Source: Tubulanus polymorphus
Taxonomy: Eukaryota; Animalia; Nemertea
Assembly (NCBI RefSeq): GCF_964204645.1
Contig: NC_134028.1
Coordinates: 6,882,001 to 6,946,000, forward strand
Reading direction: 5' to 3'
DNA: 64,000 nt
Shown piece by piece: positions 38,332 to 51,842 of this stretch. The position numbers were made by a program, and so were the translations under genes. Under the pieces are notes generated by a model. The model was not told the origin of the DNA, did no database searches, and saw only the letters and a list, made by a program, of their open reading frames with translations. Within the stretch, counting starts at the first letter, position 1, and each line of letters starts with the position of its first letter.

Positions 38332-39161
38332 TTAAATCTTGCCTGTTGTTTCTACTTTCTTTCCTAGGGTCTGGATCTGCCCTGATAAAGATCAGTTGAT
38401 AGTTAGTCGAAGGTAGGCTGTATTTACACGTGTAATAATGGTGTGAGAGTTTCAGATGAACAATACTAGTCCGGTCCGCGAGGAGGGCTTTACACAGGGT
38501 TAGTAGCAGTCAAACTGAGATCTACATCGGCACTTTTTACCTGAATTCAATTACTACCACATCTTTGATTTGCAGGTATAATAAAAGACTGCGATAAAAC
38601 TGGCCAGTAGAAATTTCCAGTGATGGCATTGAGTCCGAAAAATATATACTCATCAGCAATTTCAGCACTAATCAGGGCCTTCCCTAAATTTTTCCAAAAG
38701 CACTTTTCAGAATTTGTCAGACTCGCTACAAACCCTGCTAAAAAGAGTATTTTGCTTGAGTGGAAAGACATATTCGTGATATTATTCTCTGAGGGTAGCC
38801 TTGATCTCAGGATCCAATGTTAGGATCCAATTTTATTTGGTCCAAATTTTCCAGACGCGACCTTGAAAATTGTTGCGACCACCATGCATTCTCTTCATTT
38901 TGATTCATTTTCCAAGGTAAACACTATCATTTGAACGAGAATAAGTCATCTAGCCATCCTTTTTGTTATTCTTGCTCATGGATCCTGATGATAAACGGGA
39001 TCAAGGGCTACCTTCGCAAAAAAAAATTCACTAATTTCTTGGATTTTCTTTGTCTTCAAATTGTCTTTCCACTCAAACGAAAAGTCAATTTTCGGGTTCT
39101 ACAGACAGGACGATACTGATGATGATGAGGACAATGATAATGACAATGATCACGCGGTTTG

Positions 39162-42100
39162 TCAACTGGAATGATTCGTGATTGTCACTCGCGACGTTGT
39201 CGTCGTCGCCATTTTCCAGATATGATGAACACAACGCAGCAGTTTCAACGGTAAACGACACGGCTGTAGTTTCGATACAAACGTTCCGACCTGCTTGAAC
39301 AAATCTGTAATTCGTAGTTAAAGCCTTCATAAAATTTACGCTGAATAAAAATACAATTAACTCCTCTCTGTTTTATACAGTTCAAATGGAAACCAGCTCT
39401 AGTGACTGAATTTTCTAAAGATATTATTCTCTAAGACTTACGATTTTCCATGAAATATTTACAGGCCAAAAGCTTTCAATTAAGGTAAAGTCGACTGTAC
39501 AGATAATATATCTATAGAGCGAGCGGTGTGGGCGAGTGGTTAGAGCGTTTGTCTCTGGGAAGCTGCTCAGATATTACTTCTCCCCAGGGAGAGATGACTG
39601 ATGCATGGATACAGTTGCAGGGGGTAATAATACCAAATTTGGAGTGCATTTGAACTGACTGGTTAGGATACCTGCACTATATAAAATGACAATCATTATT
39701 ATGATTACATATTTATGTAGCTACACAAATACATGTAAATAGGTTTTTACATTAATTTGATAGTTGCCCTGATAATGCCGGATTTGAATGGTCTCGGCTG
39801 ATGCATCGGTACTTGATTGCATTGTACAAAACTCTGCCCTTAGTAGACTCATACTGCCTCAGCGGTGATTCAAATCGAACCCGACATGTTAGTCAATAAA
39901 CTAAGGGCAGAGTTTTGTACAATGCAATCAAATTTGAAACCCTACTAAGGCAGGATGCGTCTACAATGGCAGGGTATCGAACTATGCCATCAGGTACCAA
40001 CCAACCAATCACTACCGAGGGATGATATCGATATTACAAATCGGAGGCACAGTTCGAACGTAACCATTTCTAAATTCGTTCGCGTCGAGATAAAAGGATA
40101 TAATAGCGACCAGGGCGGCTGACCTCCGTTGATGTACAGCACGTACGTGTACCCGTCGCGCGGCTGTCCTTTGATCGAGTAGTAATACGGCAGGTAACTG
40201 TGGTGTATAAAGTGGCGGTGTTCGTAAAATCGAATCGCCGCCACGTTCGTCGTCAACACGTGTAAATAAACGGCTTTACAATTCACCGATTCGTTGCGCG
40301 TTAAATGATTCAGTAGATTATCTAATAACAGCGACGCTGAAAATGCAAATACAAAACGTTAAGACATAGACGGAAACAGTGAGTGGTGTGGGCGAGTGGT
40401 TAGAGCATTCGACTTTGGGAAGCCAGGTCGTGGGTTTCGAAGACCCGTACTTTACCGTAGTGTCCTCGGGTAAGACATTTATCCTCATTGCTTCTCTCCA
40501 CCCAGGAGTAAATGGGTACATCCGAGATGACATCCGAGCGCCTAGGAGCCGCTCGGATGTTACTTCTCAGGGAGAGATGACTGATACATGAATAGAGTTA
40601 TTGGCTAGGGGTAATAATACCAAGTTTGGAGCGCATTTGAACAGACTCTAGTTTGGATACCTGCGCTATATAAATGACAATTATCATTATTATTAACTTT
40701 TTTATTTTACGCGTGTGATCTTAACAAATTTCCCTGACTTTTAGGTTTTTTTTACAAACATTTCCCAACTACTCCTCAATTTTTTTAAAGAAAAGAAAAT
40801 TGCCCAATTTCTAGATAGGTAAGTGGCCACTCTATTAAACCATCTTTTGAGCACATGGCTCTAATTTTAGGGCTCAACTTACCGATACCGTGCCGTCTGT
40901 ATTCCTGAGCTACTCCAAGACTGAGTATGTAAGCCACCTGAACAGTGTTCGGATAACTGCCCGATAATATGTCGGCATCCTATAAATCAGAGAAATGATA
41001 TTCAAGCACAAACCTGGCATTCATTTCTCTCAAGGGAAATGTTAGGATCCAAGACCCAGTTGCGAGAACTCTATCATCAGAAATACTTCACTTATTTCAC
41101 GAAGACTCAAATTTAACCCACAAATGTCAACAGTCCCACTATTTTGAGTGGTCTGGATGAGTTTCTTTTCAACTCGTAAATAAAATTTAAACCGAGAACT
41201 AAATTACAGGGCTGCCAACCTCGGAAAAGTTCTATATCAGTAACAAGGTGAATTCCTTCACGAAAATTACATATAAACATATGAAATATGAAACAAAATG
41301 TTCAAAGTAAATACTATTACTATTTACTTATTGATGAACATCGATTATTGTAATCAATGTTCATCAGTAAATAATCAGTATTTCTTAGGACAAATTAGTA
41401 ACAACATACTGAAAATCGGGAACTGAAAATCGGGAACAGTTGGCAGATCTGAAACCTAATTAGACTCTGCTATTCGGGTTTTTGAAAAAGAAATAATTTC
41501 GATCTTAGATCTAAAATTTCGACTCAAAACTGCACAGCCGCCGACGACAGCGTTTATAAATTCATTCTAACCTCTTTATTGCACTTTGATCGAGTTTTCA
41601 CCTCAGAGACGATGAGACCGATTATTTTACCATTGTAAACCGACGCTAGCGAATAGAATTTCGCATTCGAAGCGATGTCTTGAAACCAACTATCGGGATA
41701 ACTGAAAAAAGAATTAGGCAAAAAAACTCATTACAATAGGCCTAATTTGAAAAAATTATTAGTAGCCTATGTATCAAAAATGTGTAAAAAGTGCTGATTT
41801 TGGCGAACAACAATGGCTGCCAGTCGGCCATTTTGATTCTGACAGGGCCAGTTTTTGGGCTGAAAATGTGTCTAGGGTAGATACATGTGTAACCCAAATA
41901 TCAAGATGTTACCTTGAAGCGTCTTCAAAACTTCCCAAAATAACTGGATTCCGTCTACGGACAGACGGACGAAAAGTGAACGCAATAGTCCGCTGGGACT
42001 TAAGTCCCAAGTGGGCTAAAAACTCATTCCCTAATTTGATAAAATTATTAGTAGCCTATGCATCAGGAGCGGATTAGGGGGTCATCTCGGGAGTCCGGAC

Positions 42101-42770
42101 CCTGCCTTGCCATTGTGGTTGCCATTTTCGTCAATACAAGAGAGGGATTGTTAAAACTTGTAAATTGGAAACCATCCTCTCGGAAAATGCATATTTTCAG
42201 ATGTATTTCTTCAAAAAATATCTAACACCGAGGGTGGGGCTCCACTAATAGCCTGTGATGCCCGGCTTTATCTGAAAAACATCTGTCATTTCTTCTGGAC
42301 CCCGACCTTCCAATTTTCCCAGCTTAATTAAAGGCGCAGATTCTTTAAGAGTTTTGTTGGGAACTGAGTAAAATCCTTTTGTCCACCATAATCACTATAA
42401 AGAACGTGTAGATAGGAATTCTATAATTACATAGGCCTACAGGTGTACTGGTTTCAGATATCAAGGAGGTTTTAATCTGTGAAACGTCGTAAATATAGCT
42501 AGTGTCATCCGTTTACGGCATCGTAAAAATAGCCTGAGCGATTCTTTAAAGGAAATTCTATGTCCTTTTTTTTCGTTTTAGCGTTCTGCGCCTGCAATTG
42601 CATGTCAGGAATTTTACGATCAGATTTTATGGGCAGCACGGGACAACTTCAACTTACTCGATGGGAAACCAATCTCTACAGAGCAATTTAATCTCGTCGA
42701 TGTCGCCCGAATTCAGGAATCGGAGTTGAACCTCGGGCTGTATGCTGAATGTGATAGTAGTCTGACTCAT
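39162..42770 (-). CDS. NAA60: N-alpha-acetyltransferase 60 (NatF)
   Basis: Exons encode MSQTT...VQLRFL...LCRDWFPIE, YPDSWFQDI, VAYILSLGV...YRRHGI, CKAVYLHVLTTNVAAIRFYE...LPYYYSIKG...YVLYINGGQPPWSL, and last exon LDLFKQVG...LQPCRLP*. Confidence 0.93.
39307..40101 (-). other. U12-type AT-AC intron of NAA60
   Basis: 5' site ATATCCTTTT at 40101; branch-like CTTTAAC ending 10 nt before the 3' junction; terminal AC at 39308-39307; splicing restores the NAA60 C-terminus in frame. Confidence 0.88.
40379..40695 (+). mobile_element. tRNA-derived SINE with CORE-like central domain (internally deleted copy at ~39517-39706)
   Basis: A box TGGGCGAGTGG, B-box-like GGTTTCGAAGACC, gtgtcctcgggtaagacattt...tctctccacccaggagtaaatgggtac, and an (att)n tail. 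Confidence 0.75.
41777..42022 (+). mobile_element. Helentron/HINE-like non-autonomous element end
   Basis: acggacagacggacg microsatellite, then agtgaacgcaatagtcc, a gggacttaagtccc hairpin and an A-run; the body is shared with ~47334-48345, and related ends occur at ~2880, 21013, 24022, 27650. Confidence 0.55.
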
Positions 42771-45700
42771 TGGGTCAACCCTCATCTAACAGTAAAACCA
42801 TATCGTGAACCTCCTCAATCTCCTGAAAAAAACAAGCAATTTGATTAACAAACCAGCAGAGAAACATCTGTTGAGTGTTGTTTTTAGTGTAGTTACGTTT
42901 CTGAACATCACAGCAGAAGATTAGAATACCATTAAGTTTCTAAGTGGTTCATTACCTATATAAAAAATTCTGATTGAGTCAATAACAATGATTGGACTTG
43001 AAATATATCCCATTCAGGCCTATCGAAAAGTAAAAGTACTAACCTCTCAACAATCTTCCATCTGAAGTTCGATCAAATGATAAAATTGTTTACTAACAGC
43101 TGTAAACAAATCATCACGAGCAAACCTGTAGATACACATCCATGGGCATGGGGTGTCTATTTTGAGATATCGAATTGGTTCGAATCCCACTTTGCGGCTA
43201 CGCTGCTCAATGATCCCGGACACCTCGAAAAAAATTATAGCTGGGTTCCGACCTATTCTCAGTCAAATTATAACTTTTTTAGACGGTTATTTCCCAAGCC
43301 TCCTGAAATATATCTACAATGACGATCGCGCCCCGTCAGTCTAGAATTTCCTTTTGTTTTGACGAATGATCCTGCGTCCGGGAGCCGCCGGCTGCCAATA
43401 CGCCGCGCGGCCAGAATTAGCCACACCAGGGTAACTAAAATTGCCAAAAGTTAAATCTCCAATGCGATGTTATTTCAACAAATCTTCGCATGCCAGGGTA
43501 AGAATCAACAAATCCTCGCATACCAGGGTAAGAATCAATGAACCTCGCTTCGCTCGCGTTAGTAGATGAGCAACTTTATGTACCGAACACCGGGTCGCAA
43601 TTTCACAGAAACGATCGAAATTCATGCGTTTGGGATACAACTGGGGTCTCATAAAAGGACAAGTAGATGTGAAACTGTACCCTTGGTAGGCTTGGTTTAT
43701 GATGCGAGGGTTTAATCAGATTTAGATGCTGCAGTTTCGCACACTAAATAGCGAGTACGGTATTTAATCCTGTCGAGTTCAGTTTCACGAAGAAAGGATG
43801 AATCAATTTTAGCTAAACTATGTTTAGTTTCACATAACCGGTATGAGGGTCAACTGTAATTCAACAATTTAATGCCGAAAGAACCCTCGGCTAAATTTCA
43901 TAAAATGTAACTTTGATTCAGACTTTTTTCAAAATAAAACAAACGCAATTGGTTTGTGAAACTGGACCCTCCGCAGCTCAGTTTCTTTAAAAAAAACTTC
44001 ACTCAATTCGAGTTAAATATTTTTGAGTAAATTATTTCTATGAAACTGAACTAGTGTGATGGGACGCACTGAGTGTGTGTGAAACTGCTGGCATCTGTAA
44101 TCATAACTAGATCAACACAGAAAATCCATCTTTATTTCAAATAAAACGAAATAGTCCCATAATAAAGAAAACCTGTTGATATTTCAACCTTTTTGGTTTC
44201 ATTGATTGTGAGACTACAGTCATACAAAATATGTTCATTTAACAAAATATGTCCACTTACAAAATCACACAAGTTTATACATTTACAAATTCAAGTTTTT
44301 TGTTTCATTGATTGAAAACTAATGCAGTTACATGGAGTGCGTAAATTATCTCATGCCCTTGATCCATCTCAGAAAGCCCATCATTACGGTTTTCTCTAAT
44401 GACCTCAATTAGTGAGGCAGAAAACCCGTTATTGCTGCTTAGCAATTATATTGAATCTAAAATTAAATCAATTAATTTTCAGTAAAAATTAAAACCCACT
44501 TTACACAAATTTAAAAGGATTAGAAGACACAACATTTAGGAGTCTCTTTAGAGACCATCGTCAAGTCTGAAGAAATAACTTAAACAGGAAAAATTGAGAG
44601 GGAAAAACAAGTTACTTCAGAAAAGTAAAGCTAGAGGTTGTTAAGTGCTTAGGTTGAGAGGTTTTGTTATTTTGTGCGTATAGGTTGTTCTAGTTATTTC
44701 TTCTACTGTAGTTGTTTATCTACTTTCATTATTTTGATTCTGATTATTGATAAATAAATTATGCCTTTTAAATTTGCATATAGCGGGGTTTAAATCATCA
44801 GTCTATGCCCGATCGTCTGGTTATCTATTAGCAAAAATTACATTACAGCTTTGAGAGATGAATCAGGGGATAACATTGTTTTTATGGATATGTGATACAC
44901 AGTCCATGGAATTATCACAAACACAACAACAGTCGCCTGCTCGTGCCGGCCAGTACAATATAATACCGGTTGGTTATATATTTGGCTTAAACGTTAAAAT
45001 TGCAGATCTCGGAATTAAGTGGCAGCATATCACTCTGCAGGTAGATGGCTGGTCACTGTCCTTGCCTAATGGAATCCACCTCGTCCTAGAATAGAAAGAA
45101 AACTTGCTTCTGCAGATATAACATTAACAATGTTTGATTGAATTAACAGTCAAGTGGGAATTAGTTTCCGAAATTATTTCATGATAACACAGTTATAGTT
45201 CTAGATAATAATTCAACACCATTATTCAATATTTGATCAACTTTCAAACTGTTCTATTGGACAAATTTCATGCTGCAAAAAAACATCATAGCGACATATT
45301 TACAAAATTACATCACATTAGAGCAAAACTCACCATTTACAAACTCATATCGGATTAGTTCAGTGCCATTCTGACCATCCAGACAATTTCCATTTCTAGC
45401 AGGATTTCACTTCCAAGAGTCATAATGTCATAAAGTTAAGAGAACTGATGATTTCCTGAAAAATGAATTTACAAATAATTGAACTGTTAACTTTTATAAC
45501 AAGCGAGAACCAGGTTGAATTATGTAGAGAAAATTACTTCACTATTTGAAGGTGAATATTTCGATTTCTCCTGCTGCAATTTGTGTTTGGTGCATCGTAT
45601 TCTGAAAAGAGAAAATTATTCCAGAAAATGATTCATGAAATGAATAAGAAACTGAGGCTTGTTTGTGTTCGATTGACAAAAAACCCACCAGGTTTTTGAG

Positions 45701-46518
45701 TAGTTTATCACAATGCGTTGAGTGTATGCAGATTTCTGAGAGGTTTGATGGTAGCTTTAGACTGCGTCCTCTAGTGCAATATACCTGTCCTATACCTGTC
45801 GACATTGACCAATCAAAAACGAATCATTTTCCGCACTTGATTTGAAGATAAATCTCCTGAAATAAGACAATATAGTTTATAACCGATAAAGCACCACAAA
45901 TTACAGCAATATATCGATATAAAACTCACCACTTCTGACTTGTTTTTGTAGAGCGCAATGTTTACTGCAAGTTCAGCTTCATTTTGGGCCCTAGAATACA
46001 AAAGTGATTTGAAATTCACCTTCACTGATTAATGTAGCTTCCAGGTTTATAAATGTACAGTTTTATAGAGAGTGGAATCTGTAGAGACATTTACCGGTAC
46101 TTGTTTTGTTTTAAGGATCTAAAGCGATGTCCATCTTTAACAAATTTGTTCCCAATGTTTACTGTTCACAGATTCTATCAAAGGTTCCAGTTATTTCTGC
46201 TCTTAAAAACAAATGTAGTAATGTTAGAAATTGTCAGGTAAGTTGTTATGAAATAAGAGCAGTTTCAAACAAAATCAAAAACTCACCATTTTCGTCAATG
46301 TTTGTATTTGAGGTCAGCTGTTGGGTGCCAAAACCTCCATTGCTCTGTTCACTGAAAATATGTATGGAAAACATAAAGATCTTGATAATTCCAGTTTTGA
46401 TAAGGAAATAAATACATTTTTACAATTGAAAACTCACTTCAAACTAAGCAGTGATCTTTGAGTGATTGAATACTGAAAACATGAAGGGATAGAATAATTT
46501 ATGTAGAACAGTTCTCTA

Positions 46519-48345
46519 AAAACAAGAGCCCCAAGGGGCACAATGGCCAGCCTGTCAGATTTGCTTTTTATAAATGATGTAATCTGTGGGTTATATTTAT
46601 CAATATACACTCCCTGCTCAATGTCATTTACATAGTACAATCATGTGTTAAAACAGACAGCAGGAGCGAATGTAATATAGAAATACTAAGTTATTGTATT
46701 GTTCAACGCCCCTGGTGGCCATATACAAAAACCAATGAGCTTGAAACTCACCTCAATCATAGACCATGTCATGAGCTACAACTTTCCTATTGATTGTGGT
46801 AGCAAAATATGCATAGGTACGAATGTAATATAGAAATACTAAGTTATTGTATTGTTCAACGCCCCCTGGTGGCCATAAACAAAAACCAATGAGCTTGAAA
46901 CTCACCTCAATCATAGAACATGTCATGAGCTACAACTTTCCAATTAATTATGGTAGCAAAATATGCTTAAGTATCAAAATGATGTGGCAAAACTTTTTTT
47001 CCACCTATGAATGAGTACTGATGACCCCAAGATGGCCGCCAATTGCGTCATAATTGCCTGGTCAAAAATACCCTCTCGGATATAAAAGATCCTTTTCCAA
47101 AGAATACCCATTACAAATTGCAATGAAAAATGGCACACCATTAGAAAGCTACAGGACTCAGAATTCAGGCCAAAATTAACATTTTTGGGAACAAAAAAGG
47201 TCACAGGACGGCCATCTTGAGTCCGATCGACCCAATTTTTCTCATGCCGATGGGCCCTTGGGGGATACAAATACATACGAATGATCAAGGTTATTGATAA
47301 AAGTGTCTTCAAAATTTCCCTCGAAAACTTCTAAAATGTGTAAAAAGTGCTGATTTTGGCGAACAACAATGGCTGCCAGTCGGCCATCTTGAATCTGACA
47401 GGGCCAGTTTTTGGCCTGAAGATGTGTCTAGGGTAGTTAGTTACCTAATCGTTGGTGGTAAGCTTTTTATAATCGGATGGGCTTATACCAACGTTAGGGA
47501 TGACAAGGACCAAAACACGGTTGAAAAAAGTAACACTTCAAAAGTATACTTTCTATTCACTTCAGTCCACAATTAATGGCTTAATTCACAAACTAACACA
47601 GGTACCTTTCGAAATAATCCAATTTTATGTATGTTTCGAGTGGTTAATCAACATTATTTTGAGAAATTAATTAATTTCTCCACCAATTTCGCCATTGGCC
47701 GCCATTTCTCTGTATTGCACATGTGGCATGATAAGACAAGGGGACCTACAAGGATTTATATAAAATTTTTAAGACGAAACGACAATTTTTATTTTTGATG
47801 GTTTTCCAACTTATATTTCAAATCTTCATGTTTTCCATAATAAATAATGAAGTAATAAATTCTGGTAAAAGAAAAATGTGAATAAGTGTTGATTTCTTAA
47901 TTTTTTTCAATTTCGTCGTTTCGCTTCGTTAGTTTGTGCTGTTGTCCTGGCCTTAGTCCACAGGTGCCAGCACCTCCAGTAATTTTCAAAATGGCAGCTG
48001 TTGACCCGACGGAAATTTACTCTCACTTTACGGCCGATTTGCACATGGATTAAGATCGTCAGGTGAGGTGTTATAGGTATCAGACAAACTACGAATCTGT
48101 TGTGCGTCGATTTCAACAAAAAATAGACGGATATCTTAAGAGACAATGAAATGCCAGGCAAATTACTCGTCAGTCAAATTGGCTGACGAAGATTTCATAC
48201 AAAAATGACCTTCCCATTCCTGACTGTGGTTTGTGAAAATATCCGATTGTGAAACTAAACCACAGACAGGTTACTGACTATGTCTAGGGTAGATACACGT
48301 ATAAACCAAATATCAAGACATTACCTTGAAGCGTCTTCAAAACTT
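46519..48345 (+). mobile_element. Helentron/HINE-like element with ~152-bp internal tandem duplication
   Basis: Begins aaaacaagagcccc; duplicated unit at 46668-46970; segment homologous to 41777-41932. Confidence 0.5.
47434..48280. mobile_element. 847-bp non-autonomous Academ-like element with 9-bp TSD
   Basis: TAGTTAGTTACCT...AGGTTACTGACTA termini flanked by TGTCTAGGG on both sides; the empty site is visible in the paralogous repeat at ~41869. Confidence 0.8.
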
Positions 48346-50325
48346 TGGAACTCTCATGAACTATCTAGATGGTTATCTCTCGACTCAATAGCTTCAAGAC
48401 CCATCTCAAAACAACTTTGTTCCATGCAGCATACCATTAACTCTCGGAAAGCGAATTGGATTTAACATTTTTTTTGGCAGAATAAAATTTGATTGAATTT
48501 GCAATTCGAGCACATGGCTAATTAGCATATCAAGTTCATACACTCGATTTGGGAAAAGAAATTTTTTGCGAACCTTGCGCAATTGTCAAGGATGAATTTT
48601 CTGTAGAGCAAATAAAAATTCCTCCCAAACACCAAATCAACTAAAGATTTCATAGAAATCGATCTTGAAATACGATTTTAAATCTTAAAATAAAACCCGG
48701 AAGTAAAACAATAGACGATACCGCAGGTTCATGTGAACACCCGATTTCTATAAACGAAATGTTGGTTGTGACAAAATTGTTCAGACGGTTTTAGGTGGTA
48801 ATAAGTACGCAAACGTAACGACCATGGTCGACTTATTCGATGAAATCAGGCCCATGTGATATCCAAATTTTGACTTTTTTATTCACCAGACCTCCCTGAT
48901 ATAGAAATAAAAAAATTTGGTGGTACGAATAGTGCAATCACAGCGCCGACGGCGACAGAGCCGTGTCAGAGATCGGCGGAGTGAAAATTGTCGAACACGA
49001 AGAAGTAGGCTATTGAGCTACTTGAATCGCGAAAACTCCTGGCGCGGCCCCGACGCTTTTCGTTGATTAAGTAGTACAAATATCAAGCAATGGGTTTTCA
49101 CAATCTACCGCCGGTGTTTACCGGATTTCAATATCACTCCAAAATTCAAAGAAACCTCGAAATATCGAACCGCAACACTTTCGGTAGATATCCGCAGCTG
49201 CACAACCGGGAAACTTATTTGTTGATAGCATCGATAGGATCCATCATCTTCTCCCGTCAAGGGATTCGAACCCACTAAGCTAAAGCCGTGCCAGAATCGG
49301 GTCGGGCCAATCACAGCGCTTGTAACAAACCACATTAGGCTTCTGTGGAATTTCCCAGTAAATGGGCCAATCAGCGAACACGTAGCGAACGCGGAAGTAT
49401 TGTCGCGTGTTGATACATGACGTCATGCGCCAAAGCGCCAGTAATGAAATCATGATAATTCACGTGAACAGCTGCTGATATTTTTAGATAAACCAATCAC
49501 AGGGAAGACACAACTTCCTGATTGGCTGATAAAAATTGAAATTTTCCCGATTTTATTTTCGTGAAAAATGCAGAAAACATTTTTATGAGACCCTATTTCA
49601 AAATTCTGCTCGCTACGATTCCGAGAATGGATTACGCTTAAATACGTGATTTGTTCGAATATGCCCTCACTTGGCAAGCAAAAGAGCCTTTTGTGTGGAA
49701 ACCATGTCATTTAAATTCGCTCCATTTGTATAGTAATAGGCTCAGCCTACGGCTGGCCTAATAATGAATTTCCAGGTTTTACCTGCTGCTGTTGTTCCTG
49801 GTGCTGCTGGTGGTGGTGCTGTTGCTGCTGGTGCTGCTGCTGCCGCTGCTGTTGAGTTAAGTAGCTGCAGCTGCTGTGTGTCTCATCCTGTAAATGAGAG
49901 TAAACCATTAGCTTCTAGTTCAAAAGTAATTCAAAATATTAACATTCTGTAGAGAAATTCATTACCAGTTTTGTACTTACCTTTAAATGAGCTTGTTCGA
50001 ATAGTAAATTATATTGTACTTATTTCATTCTGAAAAGAAAAAGAAACAATAATCAGTGATAATAGAGCAGAATGTAACATCTCAAAGTTATCAATCAATC
50101 AGACAGAAACAGTACAGGAGTACAGGATTTCTGTAGATTAAACTGCTGTACTTTTTTCATACTGATTGAACAGTTACAGATATATGTAACATTGTGTACA
50201 GACAAAAGAGTACAGATCACTGCATTACTTCATCCTGTGATTGAACAGTAATTTAATGTTCTTTCATCTTCATTAGATTCCCATCCGTCTTACTAAAACA
50301 TCAGAACATTTCAACTCATCTAACC

Positions 50326-50540
50326 TCCCGACCCGACCCTCCCAGATCCCATCCCTCCCACCCTCCCAGATCCCTTCCCTCCCGCCCTCCCTCACCCCTT
50401 CCCTCCCACCCTCCCGGACCCCTTCCCTCTGGCCCTCCCTCACCCCTTCCCTCCCGCCCATCCTCACCCCTTCCCTCCCGCCCACCCACCCTCAATGCCC
50501 TCCCACCCACCCTCAATGCCCTCCCACGTAGCCCTCCCAT
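50326..50540. repeat. C-rich 24-bp minisatellite (G-quadruplex/i-motif potential); related tract at ~53660-53770
   Basis: ccctcaccccttccctcccgccct-type units. Confidence 0.8.
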
Positions 50541-51098
50541 CATGCTCCTGTATCCATCTCAGACACCACTCATCTTTAAAATAACTACAATACGATTTGC
50601 CATTTTCACGATCATATCAATTTCATATAATTTCATATCATCAAACCAAACCTGACGAATTAACTAAGGAGGGGGAGGTATACAGAGGGTTCACCCGAAC
50701 CAAGGAAATAAGCCCGAACCAAACCTCCACACTCGCACAATGTTGTGAAAAGGGCAAACATAAACCAAGGACAAGAACGATGTGGCTGAGATCAAGAGAT
50801 CACGCTATTTATGTTGCTTCAACAATTCAACATGACATCACACTCAATGAAACCATTGTGGACTATTTCAATACTCTCTACAAGAGGTTTTATATAAGCA
50901 AGTTATTTATGGTTCATATTCATAAAAGTTATTAATCAATGTTTATAAACTGCTGATGCAAAATATATACGTCATAAATAATCTGTCTGATTGTCTTTTC
51001 AAGTTAACACTTGAACCCAGTGGAACAAATCAAACTCCAGCCATTTTTCCTTCATTTGCCATTTTTCGTTTTTACTCTTTTCTCTGACTTTTAGTACT

Positions 51099-51290
51099 TG
51101 AGTCGAGGTAGGAATAGACCCCTGCCCACTCGCTAAGCGTGCAGGACACTAAACCTTCGAATTGCTCTCGGACCCCTCTCTTTATAATTAAATTTTCATT
51201 TTTTTTGAGTCGAGGTAGGAATAGACCCCTGCCCACTCGCTAAGCGTGCAGGACACTAAACCTTCGAATTGCTCTCGGACCCCGCTCTTC
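51099..51290. repeat. Direct duplication of an ~85-bp unit
   Basis: ttgagtcgaggtaggaatagacccctgcccactcgctaagcgtgcagg... occurs twice. Confidence 0.85.
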
Positions 51291-51589
51291 ATAACAGCAT
51301 TTCATGCTGTTTTATTTCATTCACGCGTTTGCTTTATATTTTTCTTTTCATATGGCTTTTCCTTATTTTGTCGTCTCACTAGAATTCTAATCACTTCCAA
51401 CTGGGATCAAGTATAATCTTGAGAGACAAACAGCAAAAAGTTGTTAGTTGCACCAGCAGCAGCAGCAGCTGCAGTAGCACCAGCAGCATCACTGATACAG
51501 ATGAATCTTTCATTAACTATGTCATTAGTTCCATTCTCAAATATTGAGTCATGAAGGCAACAGAAATAACTTGTAAAATCTTTCATTGA

Positions 51590-51842
51590 CGGCCCTGGTT
51601 TGGTGACTGAGAGTCAAAGTTTGGTTCATAGCCCAGGTTTGGTGACCAAAGAGTCAAAGTTTGGTTCATAGCCCTGTGGTTTGGTGACCAAAGAGTCAAG
51701 GTTTGGTTTATGGCCCAGGTTTGGTGACCAAGGAGTCAAAGTTTGGTTCGTAGCCCTGGTCTGATAGTCAAGTTTGGTTCATAGCCCTGTTTTAGTGACC
51801 AAAGAGTCAAAATTTGGTCTATGGTTCCGATTTGGTGACCAC
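51590..51842. repeat. ~41-bp minisatellite, about 6 units
   Basis: ggtttggtgaccaaagagtcaaagtttggttcatagccc repeated. Confidence 0.85.

Noticed and set aside
39085-39330. 81-aa ORF with a hydrophobic tail as the NAA60 last exon
   Set aside because: The homologous C-terminus is in another frame, reached through the AT-AC intron.
50273-50543. Gly/Arg/Glu-rich ORFs
   Set aside because: They are translations of the C-rich minisatellite.
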